DNA from: Camelus ferus
Lineage: Eukaryota
Direction: 5' to 3'
DNA length: 64,000 nucleotides
Assembly: GCF_009834535.1 (NCBI RefSeq)
Contig: NC_045698.1
Span: forward strand, 8,186,001-8,250,000
Shown here: one piece after another, positions 51,432 to 64,000 of the stretch
Layout of the letters: every line of letters begins with the position of its first letter
How positions within the stretch are numbered: position 1 is the first letter of the stretch
Position numbers and translations under genes: made by a program
Notes under the pieces: generated by a model
The model's database searches: none
Told to the model about the DNA's origin: nothing
What the model saw: only the letters and a program-made list of their open reading frames with translations

Positions 51432-53389
51432 AGTGGTTTCAAGACCTCCACAGAGGGTCACTGAAATTTGACCTTGCTGACAAACACCCTGCTCCTCACT
51501 GTAACCCAGGGACATCTAAACCCACTTCTGCAAGTTGTGCCCACTCATACCAAACAGAAAGCATGATTCTAGGCCAAGAGCAGAGACGTGAGGGCTAGAG
51601 AGAGCATAGTCCTCACTGTAAAGTCCAGGCTACTCAAACCTCGCTTTCAACGACGTCTTGGGCAGAGGGCGACGGTGCTCTGCCTTCCCTCCTCCAGGCA
51701 GGCGTGGCTTCCTGGCACTCAGTTTGGATTTGATCTATTACAAAGCACTGATATCTGCCAAACTTCTCTCAGCATGATCCTTGGCCTCGGCCTCTCCTGG
51801 CTTCCCTGTTCCTCACTGCCCATTTTCTGGCATGGCAGTGGGCAATCTTCACCATCTGCGGTCTTAGGATAGTAGAGATGCATTTATGGAGGAAACGTAC
51901 TATTTAATTCTTTTCCTTCAGAATAATAAGCTGGATATTGAAATAGGCTACAATGAGGGAAAAACATGTCAACATGAAAACTGAAGCAAAAAAAAAAAAA
52001 TCAAATGAAAAAAATGAAGTTAGAAATATAAATGGGAAACAGATTCCATTACTGGGTCTTGGAAACATAACTGACTTTTATATCATGAAGCATTTTTTTT
52101 AAATAATTACAGATGTCATCAAAGAACTGAGCTGCTACAATTCCAATCTATGTGTTTCTTAACTTTGGTCTACAGCAAATAAACGACCACAGTGTAAGGA
52201 AACAAGCCAAAGGACAACAAAATTAACTACCTAGAAACTGCCCGGGTCCCATGTGGACTCTGCATGGATCTCCCCCTCTCGGTGTTTGCCTGCTCTTCAG
52301 TCTTGATACCAAGTGTGGACTATCCATCAATCTTAGTCCTACATTTAAATCTCATTAAAAATCTGTTTGCCATTCCTCACAAAGATTAATCGTACAAGTC
52401 CAACATAATAGCTTTGCCAATTTAAATGCTCCCACTTCGCCGTTTCATTTCAAGTGTACTGTAATTATGTTATATTGCTTCTGGCCAAGTTAGAAAATTT
52501 ATTCAAATAATAACCCTATTTTTGGTAGATGGCACACTCCTAGGGTGATTTCTCATGTTAATTATGCACAAAACTTGAAAATGTACTTATAAGTGTCTGA
52601 AGAAGTAAGAGACTATCCATCCATCCATCCCTTAAACCGTGTGGTTATGTAAATATCCTTAAATCTATTAAGAAAGGCTTATTATTTACTTTTTAGATGT
52701 TTTGGCTTTTGGTACAACCACTTTTTGTATCTTTCACCTGTATTTTTAGAAGAAATTTACACCAGAAATCTCATTCGTTTGCTCAGGCTTATAAACAAGT
52801 TCCCAGTTATGTGTTTCAAGAAATCACTGGTGCTCACTCCATCCTAGCAAGTTAGAGAGAGAAGCAATTCTTGGCATCGTTCTCATCTTCCACTTTCTGA
52901 CGTATCCTTTTCCAGCATTAAGTCAGAATACAAACCCTTTGCATAGCTGTACTAGATACTCAAGAAAGCATATACAGATGTGTTTACAATATTAAAAAAA
53001 TTAATTTTAAGGATCCTTTTTTTTCTTTGTCATGCAAATAGCCAACATTGACTCAATTTCTTTTCTCTTTGTTTTTTGAACGAATTGGAAAGCACTGAGC
53101 AAAGGAGGTAGATGTTTATGAGGTCAAGCTAAGCTTCAGCAGCCAGAAAAGTTCCCTTATTAAAATAATATTTGTAAATGAGAGAGACCGATTTCCGGTT
53201 TTCTTTTCCATCCTAAATTGATGGGTGAGGCAAGCTTTACAGAGATGGCCAAAATTAATTAGAACCAATTTTAATTAATTATTTTGAGTCAATTTTTGTT
53301 AAGTAGAGGTGACTCAGAACTAAAATTCACTTCTGAGACTGTATCTCAGTAAATGATTGAAAAACTAAACTGTAAAATATGGTGGATTT

Positions 53390-54130
53390 TTCATTCATTC
53401 ATCAGATATTTATTGATTCCCAACAACGTGCCCAGGCCTCTTTCAAGGTATTGGGAAATTCAGTAGTGAACCAAACAGACAGAAATTCCTTCCTGTGTAG
53501 TTGAGAGAAAAAGATAATAACTAAGTAAATAAATATACAATGTGCTAGAAGATGATGACAAGGAAACAGGAGTATGTAGCATCGATTCAGTTCTAAATAA
53601 AGTACTGTTGGGTCTTCACTGAGCACATGGTGAGAGGGAGCAGGTGATGAGACACGAGGAGATCCCCAGGCAGACAGAAGAACATCTTCAGTGTCCCTGA
53701 GGGTAGAGAGCACCCTGAGGGCCGCGTGCCTACAGCTCAGGGAGGGGCTGAGCATCAGAAGCTGAGCTCAGTGGAGCAACCGTGTTCCAGCCAGGTGGAG
53801 CGTGGTCCAGCACTGCAGGAACTTTGATGTTTACTCTGAGTATCCTGAAGGTCATTAGCCATATTCAAACCAGGTAGTGAAGTGATCTAACTTATGCTTT
53901 TAAGGATCAGGATGACTTTGGCGTTGAGAAGAGACTGCTGGGGAACTGAAGCTGGGAGGCTGGGAATGGGGCAAAGGTAACAATTTATGTGCAGTGGGGT
54001 CATGGACCAGGCAGGTAAGGAGGTGGTGAGAGATGACTATTCCTGGCTAGATTATGTAAGTAAGATGGCAGGATTGGTAATCGGCTAGAATATGAGGTTT
54101 AAGAGAGAAAAAGAGTCAAGATTGACTCAT
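53390..54130 (-). mobile_element. L2a-like fragment
   Basis: tcattcattcatcagatatttattga...cagtagtgaaccaaacagaca...gagtcaagattgactc. Confidence 0.8.
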
Positions 54131-54489
54131 ATGCTTTATTAACTAAAATTATAGGAATATTCAATCATGGGTTTGATGTAGGTATTCACTCATTGTGACT
54201 ATATTTACTATGAATTCCTAATAACATGAAAGAAGGAAGTCTTTCTTTAATTACCTTGACTACAGGTGGGGATCCCAAGATGATTTCTCCTTGTATGCTT
54301 TGCTTCCCCTCATTAAAAAGATATTTCTCTCTTTTTCCTCCCAAAATATTTCCCTTAGACTTCATAATCATCTCAACAGATCTTTTTTGTCTTTCAGAGG
54401 ATATATTTTTCTTAAATAATTATGTTAAAAATTACTAAATACATTTTACATTTTCACATAATTACTGTTAACAATGTTGTTAGTCTGCA

Positions 54490-57015
54490 TAATGCATACT
54501 TTTAATCCTATTCTTTCTATGAACTAAATTTAATCTTCCCATTAAGCTGTAAAATATTCTAAAAAAAAAAAACTCTTTCACTATGTGTGCTCACTCAGAG
54601 TTTTTCTTGAAATAGTAGAAAATACCCCAAATCCCAGATTGTTCTTTTTTTTGCATTCTTTTCCCGTCTGCGTTGTTACTTTCACAAAGTAAATACAGTT
54701 AATGGGCTGTTCTCAATTGTATGGATGGATATGCATATTTTAGCAAATGGTAAAAATTCGAAACATAATCAATGTAGCAACTGTGCACCTGGACATTCTC
54801 ACATTATCTGTGTCCCAATTTTCAAATGTAAGGATTAAGCACACAGAAATGAGACAGCTTTCCTGTCACCTTTATTTTTGCCAAACTGACTCAAACGAAG
54901 ATCACTTTTGACTATGCGGTTCCTGATCTGTAATTATTTCAGTAGCGGCTCCCAAAAAACTCAGAGCTATCACACAACATCTGTTTCTCCTTCCAGAATC
55001 ATTCACACTCTGAAAATATTAAAACCGATTAAAGTGATTAAATAAAATTTAGCAGGCTGGTCCAGTTGAGCCTCTTCAAAAATATTGGAGAGAAGATGAC
55101 CAAACCCATCTGGCATTTGTTCATGTTTCTTGGAATTTCATTATTAAAATGTGGGTGCTGTGGTGGCATATGGTGGCTTCCTCACACAGAATGTGGTCGA
55201 AGATAGCAGTCAACTTCAATGCACAAGTGCAGATGGCCATGTTTGAGTACCCTTTCCCTAATGGCAGACTTTATGGAAACAGTTTAAGAGCACCACTAAA
55301 AATGAACTTATGGAACATCTATTCTCTAATTTCAAAAGATAAAACAATTTTTAAAAAGAGACTGTCCTTTCCTACAGCCATTCACCTGGAAGGTAGCTCA
55401 TTGGAAGAGAGACTATCACTGAGCTCTGGACCTTTTATCAGGATCCTGTATCCTGATGCTCGCCGTCAGTTCACTCAGGAGTTCCTTTAGGTCCACTGTC
55501 TTCGAAAAATAAATTGAAGAAAACTTGGCAAAACAGACAGACTAGTTAATATTTTCCAAAATCTATAATCCAATCAACACCAGATTATGACGCAACACAT
55601 TTAGAGGAAGTTCTACAGACCCAAGTGCAAAAATCACTAAGAACAATCAGAAAATTTCATCTCCTTTCTCTTCCTTTTTCAAAATGTTGAAATTATCAGC
55701 TACCGTCTTTCATTCTAATTTGAAGCACTTAAAAAAATCATGCCTCTGACAACGACGGTTAAACAATTACTTGCTAAAGAGGGTACCTACCCGTAGCTCC
55801 CCAAGCTACTGACAAGATGACATCGCCAAGGCCCTTGCTGGTTCTGTGAGACCAGCAGTATGACAGTGACCGATGCCTTCTCATCCACTTGCTTTCCCCC
55901 ATCAACCAACCAATTCCTTGTGACAGCCTCTTTTTTGTCCCCCAGCAAATTATATTCCATGTGATAGTCAGGTTTCCACACACTGCAGCAGAAATGGTGC
56001 ACAGATAGAATGAACAATGAGAGAAAACGGTGCTACAACAATCTTTCTGGGGTCTAGGAATCCTGAGCGTGGTCATGAAGTAGGGGCTGGACATAGCAAG
56101 AGTACAAAGCTGACAAAAAGACCCTGCTGTCCAGGCTCAACGGTGGTATTATTCACAAGGGCACTGACTGAAGCCATCCAAAGAGCGCGGGCATAAGCTA
56201 ATCCACAGGGCTGGTGCCCCGCCATCGCCTGTAGGAGGTCTGAACCATGGCCCCGATGTGCAGGAAGTGTCTGCAGATCCAGCAAGTATGGACTCCATCA
56301 AAGGGTGAGGAGAGGCTTCTCCAGGCTTACCTGCTCCCACTCCAGACAGAAGGTCACTGAGATCATGAGATCGCCTCCTCCTTTACCTCGCACCTTCCCC
56401 TTCCTGCATGGCTTCTAGTTCTCCTGGCTTTGGGATGGGCCAGCCTTGAGAAGCCTCTCTCTCTGTCTGCCTCACTGGGGCCAGTCTTAGGACACGTCCA
56501 GGGCTGAGGACAGTCCTGACATGTGTGAGGGTCTCTGGGGGAAATGGCTATTGTTTCAGTTCCTATTCTCAGAGTTGGGCCAGTGTCTGATACTGCTGAC
56601 GGTACATGACTTGTAATACGTTCTGGCCTTTGCAATAGAATTCAGTTCGTTTTCTCTGTGTGTGTATGTATGTACAAAAATGAGTAAGTAGAAAAAATAA
56701 ATAAGTACATTTTTACTAGATTTTTTTTAATAAGGTGATTGGGTTCCTGGGAGAATCTTTACTTACAGAGATGTTAAAGGTATTTAAGCCGTAGTTTTTG
56801 GGAATTTAGTTCCACTGAATTCTGACCAATGTGTTGTCTTGTCCAACCAACATTCCATTTTTTTTTAGATATGCAGAAGCATTTAAAACTTTTAATAAGT
56901 ATCTTTAAGCATCTAACACATACATGGTGCTTTCATGGGGCATAAAGATGAATAAGATGAACTTCCTACCTTTAAATTTAGTTCATAAAAAGAATAGGAT
57001 TAAAAGTACACGTTA
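54490..57015. repeat. Inverted repeat pair with cores at 54497-54533 and 56972-57008
   Basis: 36 of 37 bases are reverse-complement identical (manual alignment). Confidence 0.9.
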
Positions 57016-57719
57016 GCTCTTCGTGATACCATGCCACTCTTCTTATTTTAACTAAAATGTTTATAAATTTACTTTTTTATTAATTCCAATTTAGAGTTGA
57101 AAATGTCTCAGTGTAAAACGCCAAGGTGGAATCATTTATCTACACCAAGAAATGGCAAAGGCAACACACAGAAAATGACTCAGCGCCCAACAGGAGAAAA
57201 CCGCACTGCTCTGGTACTCCCCGGGTGCCAGGCATCCTGCAGTCAGGGTGGTCCCCCGCCTGCAGAGGAGGAAGTCAGAGCAACCTAACGGGCAATACGA
57301 TCCTTTGAAATCGGAGTTTGTTGAGGATCAACCAGGTCTTCTGGCCAGTGGAGGTCAAGGCAAAAGGAAAAATGTAATTTCATCATTGTGGGTCATAAAA
57401 TAGAAAGTCGTTCAGATGAATATTAAATCCACTGATGACACTCTTGGTGTTAAAAGGGGATTATGAGGGACTTTTCAATCAAAATTAACTCACTCAGGAT
57501 AAAAATTGGGGGAGAATGAAGCCATTTCCATGGTTCCATGGTGTAAACCACAGAAGAGATGACCCATCAAAAGAACAGCAAGATTGCAGATCACTGTCCA
57601 GACACAGGATCCACGCTGTCTGTCAGGTTGACCTGCTGTCCTGAAACATCCAAGGGGCACACAGACAGCACCTGAGTCAGCCAAACGTTTCCACGAGGCT
57701 TTAATTTTAGTGACTAGTT

Positions 57720-58915
57720 CATTTCTAGAAATTCGATTTGGCCCTTTCAAAAATTTTATTCTCTCTTATTTTATTGTTTCTTCCGGCTTGCTCTAGTCAC
57801 TCAGATTCCTGGACTGCTCATCGTTTTGTTTGTTGAAACCACTGACTCCTTCACGGTGACTCACGGGTCTCGTCACTGACATTTTTTAACTCTGGGCTCA
57901 CTGTTGGTGGAGTTTTCACTTCTCTCCTAAGGGATTCCCGCACGAGCAGCTTTGGGGAAAGTCCGCGCAGAGAAGCGCTGCGTGGGCCTAAGCTGGGGTC
58001 CTCAGGGTTTCCAGATGAGGACTTCTGCAGTTTTTTCAGCACTGGTTTCTGTATGACACACACGCTGTGAATTCTGACCTTGCCCTCAAAGTCTGCTTTC
58101 TCAAAGGAGACGATGTTCCCCACCCCAAACCCAGAGAGGGCAAGCCTCTTTGTGGATCCCAGGCCAGAGGTTAGGACTTTCCACCTCTTCCCACAGCTGA
58201 GTTCTTTTGGTCTCCAGGCGTTGCACAAAGCCTCTATTCCAGCTCCTTCTCATCCAGCCTAAAACCGTGTCCTTCTCTTTGGGTGGATTTCCAAGTCTGT
58301 TCGGGCTGCTACAACAAAGTGTCACGTACTAGATGGCTTATAAACAACAGAAACTTCTTTCTCATAGTTCTGGAGGCTAGAAGCCTGAGATCAGGGCGCC
58401 AGCACGGCTGGAGGCTGGTGAGGGCCCGCTTCCTGGCAGATGGCCACCTTTCTGCCATGTCCCCGTGCAGGAGAAGGGGAGAGGGGTCTCTCTGGGGCCT
58501 CTTTCATAAGGGCACTAATCCTATTCATGAGGGCTCCACCCTCACCCTCAAGGGGCCTTTAGTCCCCAGAGGCCTCACTTGTAAATACCATCGCCTTGGG
58601 GAATAGGTTTCAACATATGAATTTCCTGGGGTGGAGGCGCTGGGGGGACAAAAACATTCAGTCTACGGTAGTGGGCCTTTGGCATCTGTCCCCTTTCCTC
58701 TTGGGTTATATCTGGATCTTAAACTCGAAGCGTTGAGTTTAAGCTGCATCCGCTTCAAGTTCTCCTTTTCTGGTACCCGATGTCCGTTTCTTTCCTCGGA
58801 GACAAGCTGTGTGTTGTATCTTCTGGTCATATTTACTGATGATTTCTAAGAGTTTCCGGAACCCAGGAAGAAGGCCGGCCAGCATCAGCTGGGTCAGCCA
58901 CGTCACTGGAAGTCG
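57720..58915 (-). mobile_element. Probable 5' region of an ancient L1/HAL1, interrupted by MLT1A
   Basis: Ends in tcagccacgtcactggaagtc, whose reverse complement resembles the gacttccggt..atggc start of old L1s; GC-richer body. Confidence 0.45.
58288..58670 (-). mobile_element. MLT1A-like MaLR LTR
   Basis: gggctgctacaacaaa..ggcttataaacaacagaaa..catagttctggaggctagaag..aagggcactaatcc..aacattcagtc; flanks gtgga/gtggg. Confidence 0.9.
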
Positions 58916-59656
58916 GACAAATGGACTGAAGTAAGCACACGGAACCAGGACCCTCTTCACTCACTTTCAGAACAGACAGGGATGGAGCTGCCGCATGTAC
59001 TGGAACAACAGGGCACTGAAACCTGGATGTGTCTTCAGAGAAGTCAGTCCGTCCACTGACACTGCCCGCTACAAACAGAAACGATCGTGCGGCTGACACA
59101 AGACAGCCTCCTAAGGATTGTGTGGTTAAGACCAGAAAACCCACAGCCACACGTTCAGGGCCAGCTGCTTGGAAAGTGCTCTGCCTCTGTTCCTTTCCAC
59201 TCGTGACTTTCTCATCAGATTCTTTTTTTTCCTTTTTTTTTTTTTCCTTAATTAGTCTCATATACTTAATTAAACCGTTTTCCTTTCTTTTGTAAACTTT
59301 CCCAACATCCCATTTTGAACTTGAAAAGCCCCGCAGTGGACCATCCCCTGCTTTCACTACCTCACCCCATTTAACCAGGGATTAAGCACTATTCATTCCC
59401 CTGCTCTAGAGTCTTTCTTTCCGCCTCCTATTCACTCTCACCGCTACTCCCCGGCCCAGGCACTCAGCCGTGTCTCCTCTGGCTTCTTCAATGCCCTCCC
59501 TGCTCCTTCTGCACATGAGCCTTCACAGGACTCCTAAGATTTATATTTTTCAACTCCATCCTTCAGAGGCTCCCAAAGACCATCCAAGTATCCTCCAAAT
59601 TGCTTAGTGCAGCATATAATAATTTCATGTTACCCAACTCTGTGCTTGCCCCCGCT

Positions 59657-60230
59657 TATTTATTACACTAGACTTTTGAGAATAGTTTTTGCTTTACAGA
59701 AAAATTGAGAAAATAGTACAGAGAGTCCCCACATACCCTGCATCCAGTTTTTTCCCTTATTATTAACATCTAATATTAGTATAGCCCATTTCTCACAATC
59801 ATTAAACCAATATTGATACATTAGCAGTAACTAAAGTCCAAAGTTTATCCAAGTTTCCTTGGTTTTCCTCTAATGTCTTTTTTCCGTCCCAGGAACCCAT
59901 CCACCAGGATCCACACCGCACTTAGCTGTCGTGTCCCCTGGGCTCCTCTTGGCTGGGACAGTTTCTCAGACTTCTCTTTTTTTGGATGACCCTGGCAGTT
60001 TTGATGAGCGCTGGCCTGGTGCTTTGTAGAATGTCCATTATCAGGATTTATCTTACTGTTTTTTCAAAATAAGGCTAAGATTGTAGGTTTGGGGGAGAAA
60101 GTCCCCAGAAGGGAAGGGACCATTTCATCACATCAGAACGAGGGTCCACACCATGAGGCTGACCTAGGACTGCGGTGCTGATCTTCACCACTCGGCTAAG
60201 GTAGGTGTTTCGTTCGGGTTTCTCCCCTTC
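59657..60230 (-). mobile_element. L1MC3-like 3' end
   Basis: tttacagaaaaattgag..tagtacagagagtccccacatacc..aaccaatattgatacatta..gacagtttctcagactt. Confidence 0.8.
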
Positions 60231-60299
60231 TTTTCAGGACTCCTGGTGTGTCCATTTGTCACTGGCGTCTTGGTCACACGTTAGTTCATGGCATACACG

Positions 60300-61560
60300 T
60301 GGCCTTTTGCAAGGTCCTTCTTTTGTTCAATTTCACTTTATTATTTTTTCCCGTTCATCTTCTACCCCCACACCCATCCTGGCCACACTTGCCTCAATCT
60401 ATCCTCTCTAACATATTAAATATATACCCATCCTATTTATCTTCTCTATTAGATAAAAGGTGGAATTTCTGCGTGTATAATCTTAAAAACACAGACATGT
60501 TATAATACATCTTTAAAGAAACTTTCTTCAAATAACATTATGTTTTGGGGAACCATCCAGTTCACTACTTCCAGCCACTTCCTAATGGTTCTCTGGATAC
60601 ATCAACCACATTTTCCTTTATCCGTGACTCAAATGATGGAGACCAGAATACTTCCAGCTCCCGTGTCCACACCAAATGCTTGACTTAACTCCTGGGATGA
60701 GCCTCTTCACGGTCCTGTGGAAGAAGGCCTCCCTTGCCTATACCCCGGGGGTGGAAACGCTGGGTCCTGGCACTGTCTGCCCTCTGGCTCCAAAGGGTCT
60801 GCACCTGTTTCAAAGGCATGTGAGTGCCTCTTTGCCCACATCCTCGCCAGGATTTAATATTATTTGACTTTCAAGTATCCCCCATGTAGACGGGTATAAA
60901 GCAGCATATCCTTACTGCTCTCATTAGTATTTTTGACTATTAGTGTATTGATCAGGGTTCTCTCAACCCATGGCCAGTCAAGTTGACACACAAAATGCTA
61001 GTAAGGTGTAACTTACTTTTACAAGTCTTAGCATCTGTTTTCCCCCTACGATTTGCCTAGTCACCTCCTTTGTCCATTTTTATTTTGCATTTCGTGTTTT
61101 CTGCCCTCCTAGTGGATGTACAAAACTCCCTTGCGTACTCTGGACGTGAGTCTTGCATCAGTTTTACATGCTGCAATTACCCTGTGCCAGATCTCGCCTT
61201 TGTTCATGGTGTCCTTACTCAAAGTAGCGATCTTTTATTTTGTTGTAGTCAAATACATCCAATTCTCAACTTACAGTTTGGTCTTTGTGGATCTCGTTTA
61301 AGAAAGATTTATCTTCCTCATGTTATTCAATATACTATTCTAGATTATGAATTGACAGAATTTGATACTGAGATAAAACTAATTTTTCTCCAAATAGTGA
61401 GCCAGTTTTCAACATCGTGCACTAACCATCACCTTTTAGCCTGTGACTTACGACGCCAAGATCACCAAATACAAAATTCCCTTAAGTACCCAGATATGAT
61501 ATTGGATTCCAGTTTGTTTGCTGTTAATCCATTTTTCTGTTAACCCATAAATATTCATCA
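60300..61560 (-). mobile_element. Highly diverged L1 (L1ME-like)
   Basis: Antisense L1 motifs such as ttttctccaaatagtgagccagttttcaacatc and gtagtcaaatacatccaatt. Confidence 0.6.
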
Positions 61561-61779
61561 TTCTCAATGCCCCTAATAAAACATATAATTATATAAGTTA
61601 TAGTTAAATGAGCTTATGTTTTTCTCTTATCCTTAGATCTATACTTTATTTGTCTTTCAAAATCCAACCTGTGGATTCTTCTTAAACAGCCGTTTCATTT
61701 AGTTGTTTAATTCACTGAATGTTCAAATCCCCTACCTCCCTTGTTAACACTGAACCCCAAAAGAGCCCAAAACAGAGAG

Positions 61780-62100
61780 AAAAGGGTAAGGACTCTGATC
61801 TCAGACACCTGGGCTACTTCTTTGTCCCTTACTAGCTGCATGACCACTGGCCAGTCACGCAGGCTATTAGAGCCACGGTTTCCTCTTCTTATGGGGCAAA
61901 ATAAACAATGGGACTAATGAACATTTATCGCATGCCCTACTGCATAGCCCTAGGAAGTAGCAAAGATTGCCATCATTTTATGGACAAAAATTTGAAGTGT
62001 GTCCGAACGTGCACAGCTAATAAGTAACTGGTGGAGAAGGGGTTTGGACCCAGGATGCCTAAAGACAAAAAAAAGTGCTCCTAATTTTACACTCTGTTCC
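61780..62100. mobile_element. Two MIR fragments in opposite orientations
   Basis: cttactagctgcatgacc..gagccacggtttcctc (+); cacagctaataagt..tttggacccagg (-). Confidence 0.65.
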
Positions 62101-62309
62101 CTTATTTGCGCCAGAGACAAGGTTACATCTCTGAGGTGTCAACTTCAATGACCAGTAATTACTGTTTTCCCAACTCCTGAACTCTGGGCTAGAGCAGAAC
62201 CTCTCAGAACCTCAGCTTGCCCCCATGGCTTTACGACAGTTAACACAGAAGGAACGCTCCTATGGGAAACTGAAAATTCATTGTCTTTATCTGAACAAAG
62301 GCATAAAAA

Positions 62310-62550
62310 TTATAATGGCTCCCAGGTACTGAGGGCGGACACCTTATGCAAGGTCCTGGTCTAAGCACTTGGATTCTTTAGCTCATTTAATGCTCATCCT
62401 GTTCTGATGTGGTAGATACTTGTAACCCCAATAAGAGAGGTTTGGCTGAGCCAAAAAGCTTCCTCAAATTACACCACTAGTATGGGCAGATCTGGGCTTC
62501 AACCCAGAGTTCCCAGTCTCCAAATCCTTTAATTTTAACTATTTGCTATA
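62310..62550 (-). mobile_element. MIR
   Basis: ctaagcactt..ctcatttaatgctca..gggcagatctgggcttcaacccag. Confidence 0.7.
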
Positions 62551-64000
62551 AAGTCTCTAATTTTAATGCATTTTCTAGCTGTTAATTTAGTTTTGTTTTC
62601 TTTTTATACCATTTTAATACATATTTTGTAGTATAAGAAATAAAATTAAACACATTTGAATGTTTCTCTACTGAAATAAAGTTTCTTCCATTTTTTTTCT
62701 TTTAACAAAGAGAAACAAGGACTGATTATACTCAGAGTTTATTGTTTCCTGCTGTCTTAAAGCACAGTTAACGATATTGTCAATGTCTGTAAATAAATTC
62801 CAGGAAGAGAACATTGCTTTTGATAAAGGTATTTACTGACAGTAAGTGCTAAAGAAATCAGGAGCACAGACTACTAATTACTGTGTCCCTCTCAGTCTGA
62901 CAGACACATATTGACCATGATTTTTAAAAGCCCAGACAGTTGATTCTATAAAGACCAAAAACGAGTCCATTAAATATTGTGCCAAAATCATGCTGAGAAA
63001 AACTGATACGGGAACTTGCTGTCATGATAAAGACTTCATTTCCAAGTAGGAGTTACCAATGACAAAGAGAATAAACCTAACTGTCAGGAAGAAATAGGAA
63101 TTAGATTTAATATAACATTAGTTCCCACAGTAAAGCCACAAGGCATTCAAATCTGGTACTACTTAAATATTAAAATCGTTAAGGTGAATCAATCTATGTT
63201 TGGTTCCATTTTGTCCACAGTACGGGCTGGTAAAACCATTGGTCCTTCCTGCGACCATACGTGGAATGATTCAGCCTTCGTTTTCAGGAGCAAAATATTT
63301 TAATACCCAAAGCTATCCCAAAATCCTATTTAATTTTTTGTCTTTAAAATTCAGGACCAAAGAACAAAACGTATCACTGTGTGAGGCTCTCCCCTTCCAT
63401 GAGCATTTACTCATCCTGGGCTTTTTTAGGGTAGATTGTTGCCATTTAGTCTTGACAACTGTTGGAAACCATTGAACTTAACAGAACTCTTACCTAACGT
63501 GTGGATCCTCACTGTACAGCTGGTGAGATAACCAGTAATATCTTCGAGCAGAATTCTCTCACGATTTCCCACAGCTTTGTATAAAATGCTTGGTACCAGT
63601 ATCATAGAGCTCTAATTATTCTAGCCTTTTTTTTTCATAATTAAAAATAAATTTTGCCTCTTCTTGTGCTTTCCCTAAGTTTTTTAGCTTCATTCATTGC
63701 TTTTTTCCAGGTAAACTTTATATTAATTTTTATTTCCTATATTTTGCCTCATCCCTAATGAATTATTTTTTAACTGGGATTGTATTCAATCTATAAGTGT
63801 ACTGGGGAAGAACACCTTTTAAATGTGCAGTATTTACATAAAGTCACTAGATTACACTTTTATCACTTCTATAAGTTTCTACATTTAGATTTCAAGTAGT
63901 TTTGGTTAAAATAACTTTCAAGAATGCTACGGTTTTGCAGCTGCTGAATTTGAGATCTTGTACTGTTAAATTTTCGAACAGGCTTTTACAGAAAGAACTG

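Larger units (their letters stand above)
1028..64000 (-). other. CTNND2: 3' part of the large CTNND2 intron upstream of the 35-nt exon (intron 3)
   Basis: Ends at the acceptor AG at 1028-1029. No other delta-catenin peptide recognised in the window; the sequence is repeat-rich. Confidence 0.85.

Noticed and set aside
54490..57015. Interpretation as an autonomous Tc1/mariner or hAT transposon
   Set aside because: No transposase ORF, the termini do not resemble families I know, and the interior looks like ordinary intron with L2 debris. Kept only as an unexplained inverted repeat.
58833..59357. 174-aa minus-strand ORF with a Lys-rich run
   Set aside because: The Lys run is the complement of a poly-T tract; no recognisable domain.
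61070..61543. 157-aa ORF
   Set aside because: Antisense reading of a diverged L1.

Overview
Mammalian genomic DNA, most likely a camelid. That is an inference from the cetartiodactyl/camelid-type L1 3' ends and from seeing no Alu, B1, Bov-tA, PRE-1 or CHR-2 SINEs. The window lies inside CTNND2 (delta-catenin) on the minus strand. It holds two coding exons, 993-1027 (35 nt) and 500-616 (117 nt), which match exons 4 and 5 of the human gene as I recall it. Everything from 1028 onward is one large phase-2 intron filled with L1 fragments (several with readable target-site duplications (TSDs), two with 5' inversions, one nested), MaLR/ERV LTRs, hAT DNA-transposon relics, MIR, L2 and CR1. Nearly all tracked ORFs are repeat-derived or chance. 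I found no convincing new biological system. The best leads are: a 37-44 bp inverted repeat 2.4 kb apart; a 34 bp hairpin-forming direct repeat bracketing the two exons; a candidate 225-nt in-frame cassette exon; an L1-mobilised ERV transcript 3' end; and a microsatellite apparently seeded by a ~16-nt L1 tip. Repeat family names come from memory of consensus sequences, not a database search, and boundaries of old repeats are approximate.
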